The position numbers were made by a program, and so were the translations under genes. Shown piece after piece: positions 56,059-57,199 of a stretch of 57,199 nucleotides of DNA. Each line of letters begins with the position of its first letter. The first letter of the stretch is position 1. Below the pieces are notes generated by a model, which worked only from the letters and a program-made list of their open reading frames with translations, did no database searches and was not told where the DNA came from. This DNA is from a virus (lineage: Duplodnaviria; Caudoviricetes), in IMG/VR virus record IMGVR_UViG_3300030090_002105, positions 1 to 57,199 of that record. One strand, given 5' to 3'.

Positions 56059-57199
56059 TTACCTCGCGTTAGATGTCTTGAATGGTGATTCGGCAAAGGC
56101 CAAATAAAGGTACGTGTTTCCACTAGCATTGTAATCGCTACTGTTTCCTCTGAATTTAAAACCGTTGGAAAGAAGGTCAATGCCCGTGCCTTTTGCAGAG
56201 GTTCCGTTTCCTTCAGCGGCAGTTGAATCGGGCCATAAATACTTGTTTGATCCGTTGTCCGTGGAGGTGTCAAAACTGTTGTAACCAATTCGTTTATTAT
56301 CTACGATATATGAGTTACTACCGGCAGAAGAAATTCGTTTTATAAAAATAAAAGCAGGACGAAAACCTGTATACACAAAACTTCCATCTGCTGAACTATT
56401 TCCGGTGTAACTGCCTATCTTGCTGTAGCCTTCAACAGAGTGCCAACAATAAGCAATCATGCTATCTGTATTGCTTGGTCTTCCATTTGCAGCTGAAGAC
56501 GCACCTAAATTAAATATAGTAGATGATGGAGCATCTGGAAATGTATTTGAATCACTAGCAACTGCGGCAGTTGTATTTAAAAATAAAGTAAAATCAGCGC
56601 CACTAACTGCGTTATAAGTAGCCCAACCAAAAGTGGCTGATCTGTTTTTGCAAATAATTAATTCAGGAGCCTGACTCAAACCATGTGCAACTGTGGCAGA
56701 TGATCCTCCTGTTGCTGTATAAGAAACTATTGAAAAACCCGCATCACTATTTGTTCTTCTTGTGCAAGCATAAGTTGGATTAGTTCCATCTATACTTCCT
56801 GCACTTACTGATGTATTAGATGCGGCGGCTTTCCAGTTCCATGAAACCATATTACTGCTAGATGGATTTACGCCATCATCAGTACCAAGAGTAAATCCGT
56901 CACTGTCAAACGATTTTAAAGATTGTGCCTCCGTACCTTCTGCGCCAGTAGTATTTGGAAAAAGTTCTTTTGTTACTCCACGAACCGAGTCAAACACTCT
57001 ATGGTTGTATGTTAATTGTCTTGTCTTTATCCAAGTAAAGTCTGGCGAAAAATTTAAGCCGGTAACTGCGAGTTCCGAACCTGTTCCAGTGTAGAGTTTG
57101 GTATCAAAGTGCGCCGTGGGATCAGCAATGCTTGCACTAAGGTTATCGGAACAAACCGCTAAGTAACCAGACGGGACTGCATTGTCAAAATTACCTTTT
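56059..57199 (-). CDS. Tail fibre/receptor-binding protein, C-terminal part (second allele of the gene starting at 1575)
   Basis: Open from the right edge: KGNFDNAVPSGYLAVCSDNL...FDSVRG...WNWKA...AYCWHSVEGYSKIGSYTGN...GFRPAFI...YLYLAFAESPFK. Confidence 0.85.
   Translation of the reverse strand, partial: KGNFDNAVPSGYLAVCSDNLSASIADPTAHFDTKLYTGTGSELAVTGLNFSPDFTWIKTRQLTYNHRVFDSVRGVTKELFPNTTGAEGTEAQSLKSFDSDGFTLGTDDGVNPSSSNMVSWNWKAAASNTSVSAGSIDGTNPTYACTRRTNSDAGFSIVSYTATGGSSATVAHGLSQAPELIICKNRSATFGWATYNAVSGADFTLFLNTTAAVASDSNTFPDAPSSTIFNLGASSAANGRPSNTDSMIAYCWHSVEGYSKIGSYTGNSSADGSFVYTGFRPAFIFIKRISSAGSNSYIVDNKRIGYNSFDTSTDNGSNKYLWPDSTAAEGNGTSAKGTGIDLLSNGFKFRGNSSDYNASGNTYLYLAFAESPFKTSNAR
56623..57199. 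repeat. Terminal overlap, right copy
   Basis: See 1-577. Confidence 0.95.

Noticed and set aside
1-57199. Prophage/temperate lifestyle or alternative genetic code
   Set aside because: No integrase, repressor, att site or host genes were recognised. Long ORFs are intact under the standard code and all three stop codons are used.

Overview
The window looks like an essentially complete, circularly assembled genome (about 56.6 kb) of a tailed dsDNA phage. Its structural genes are podovirus-like and its gene content resembles marine phages. The two ends overlap by 577 bp (1-577 = 56623-57199) but carry two different alleles of an internal ~280-bp segment of the tail-fibre gene. There are two divergent arms. 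The + strand early/replication arm (about 12.85-30.9 kb) carries a DenV-like glycosylase, MoxR AAA/VWA module, primase-helicase, resolvase, Q-like regulator, NinB, Sak/Rad52, exonuclease, SSB, dUTPase, class II RNR, phosphoesterase and a Lar-like gene. The - strand late arm runs 12062 -> 1 -> 57199 -> 30975: terminases, small basic and membrane proteins, IscA, tail fibres, portal, scaffold, capsid, a GT9 glycosyltransferase, tail proteins, internal virion proteins and a 3033-aa polyvalent protein. I recognise no DNA polymerase, RNA polymerase, integrase, tRNA or CRISPR array. The most unusual signals are non-coding. (i) About 1.3 kb of densely structured RNA-like sequence lies in the earliest transcribed region, including an array of 5-6 small H-type pseudoknots with compensatory changes (14402-14891). 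(ii) An oriC-like AT-rich tract with four DnaA boxes sits at the strand switch. Also notable are a tail-nozzle gene apparently split by an inserted fibre gene, and carbohydrate-active enzymes among the virion genes. All product calls are motif recognition by eye, not database results.
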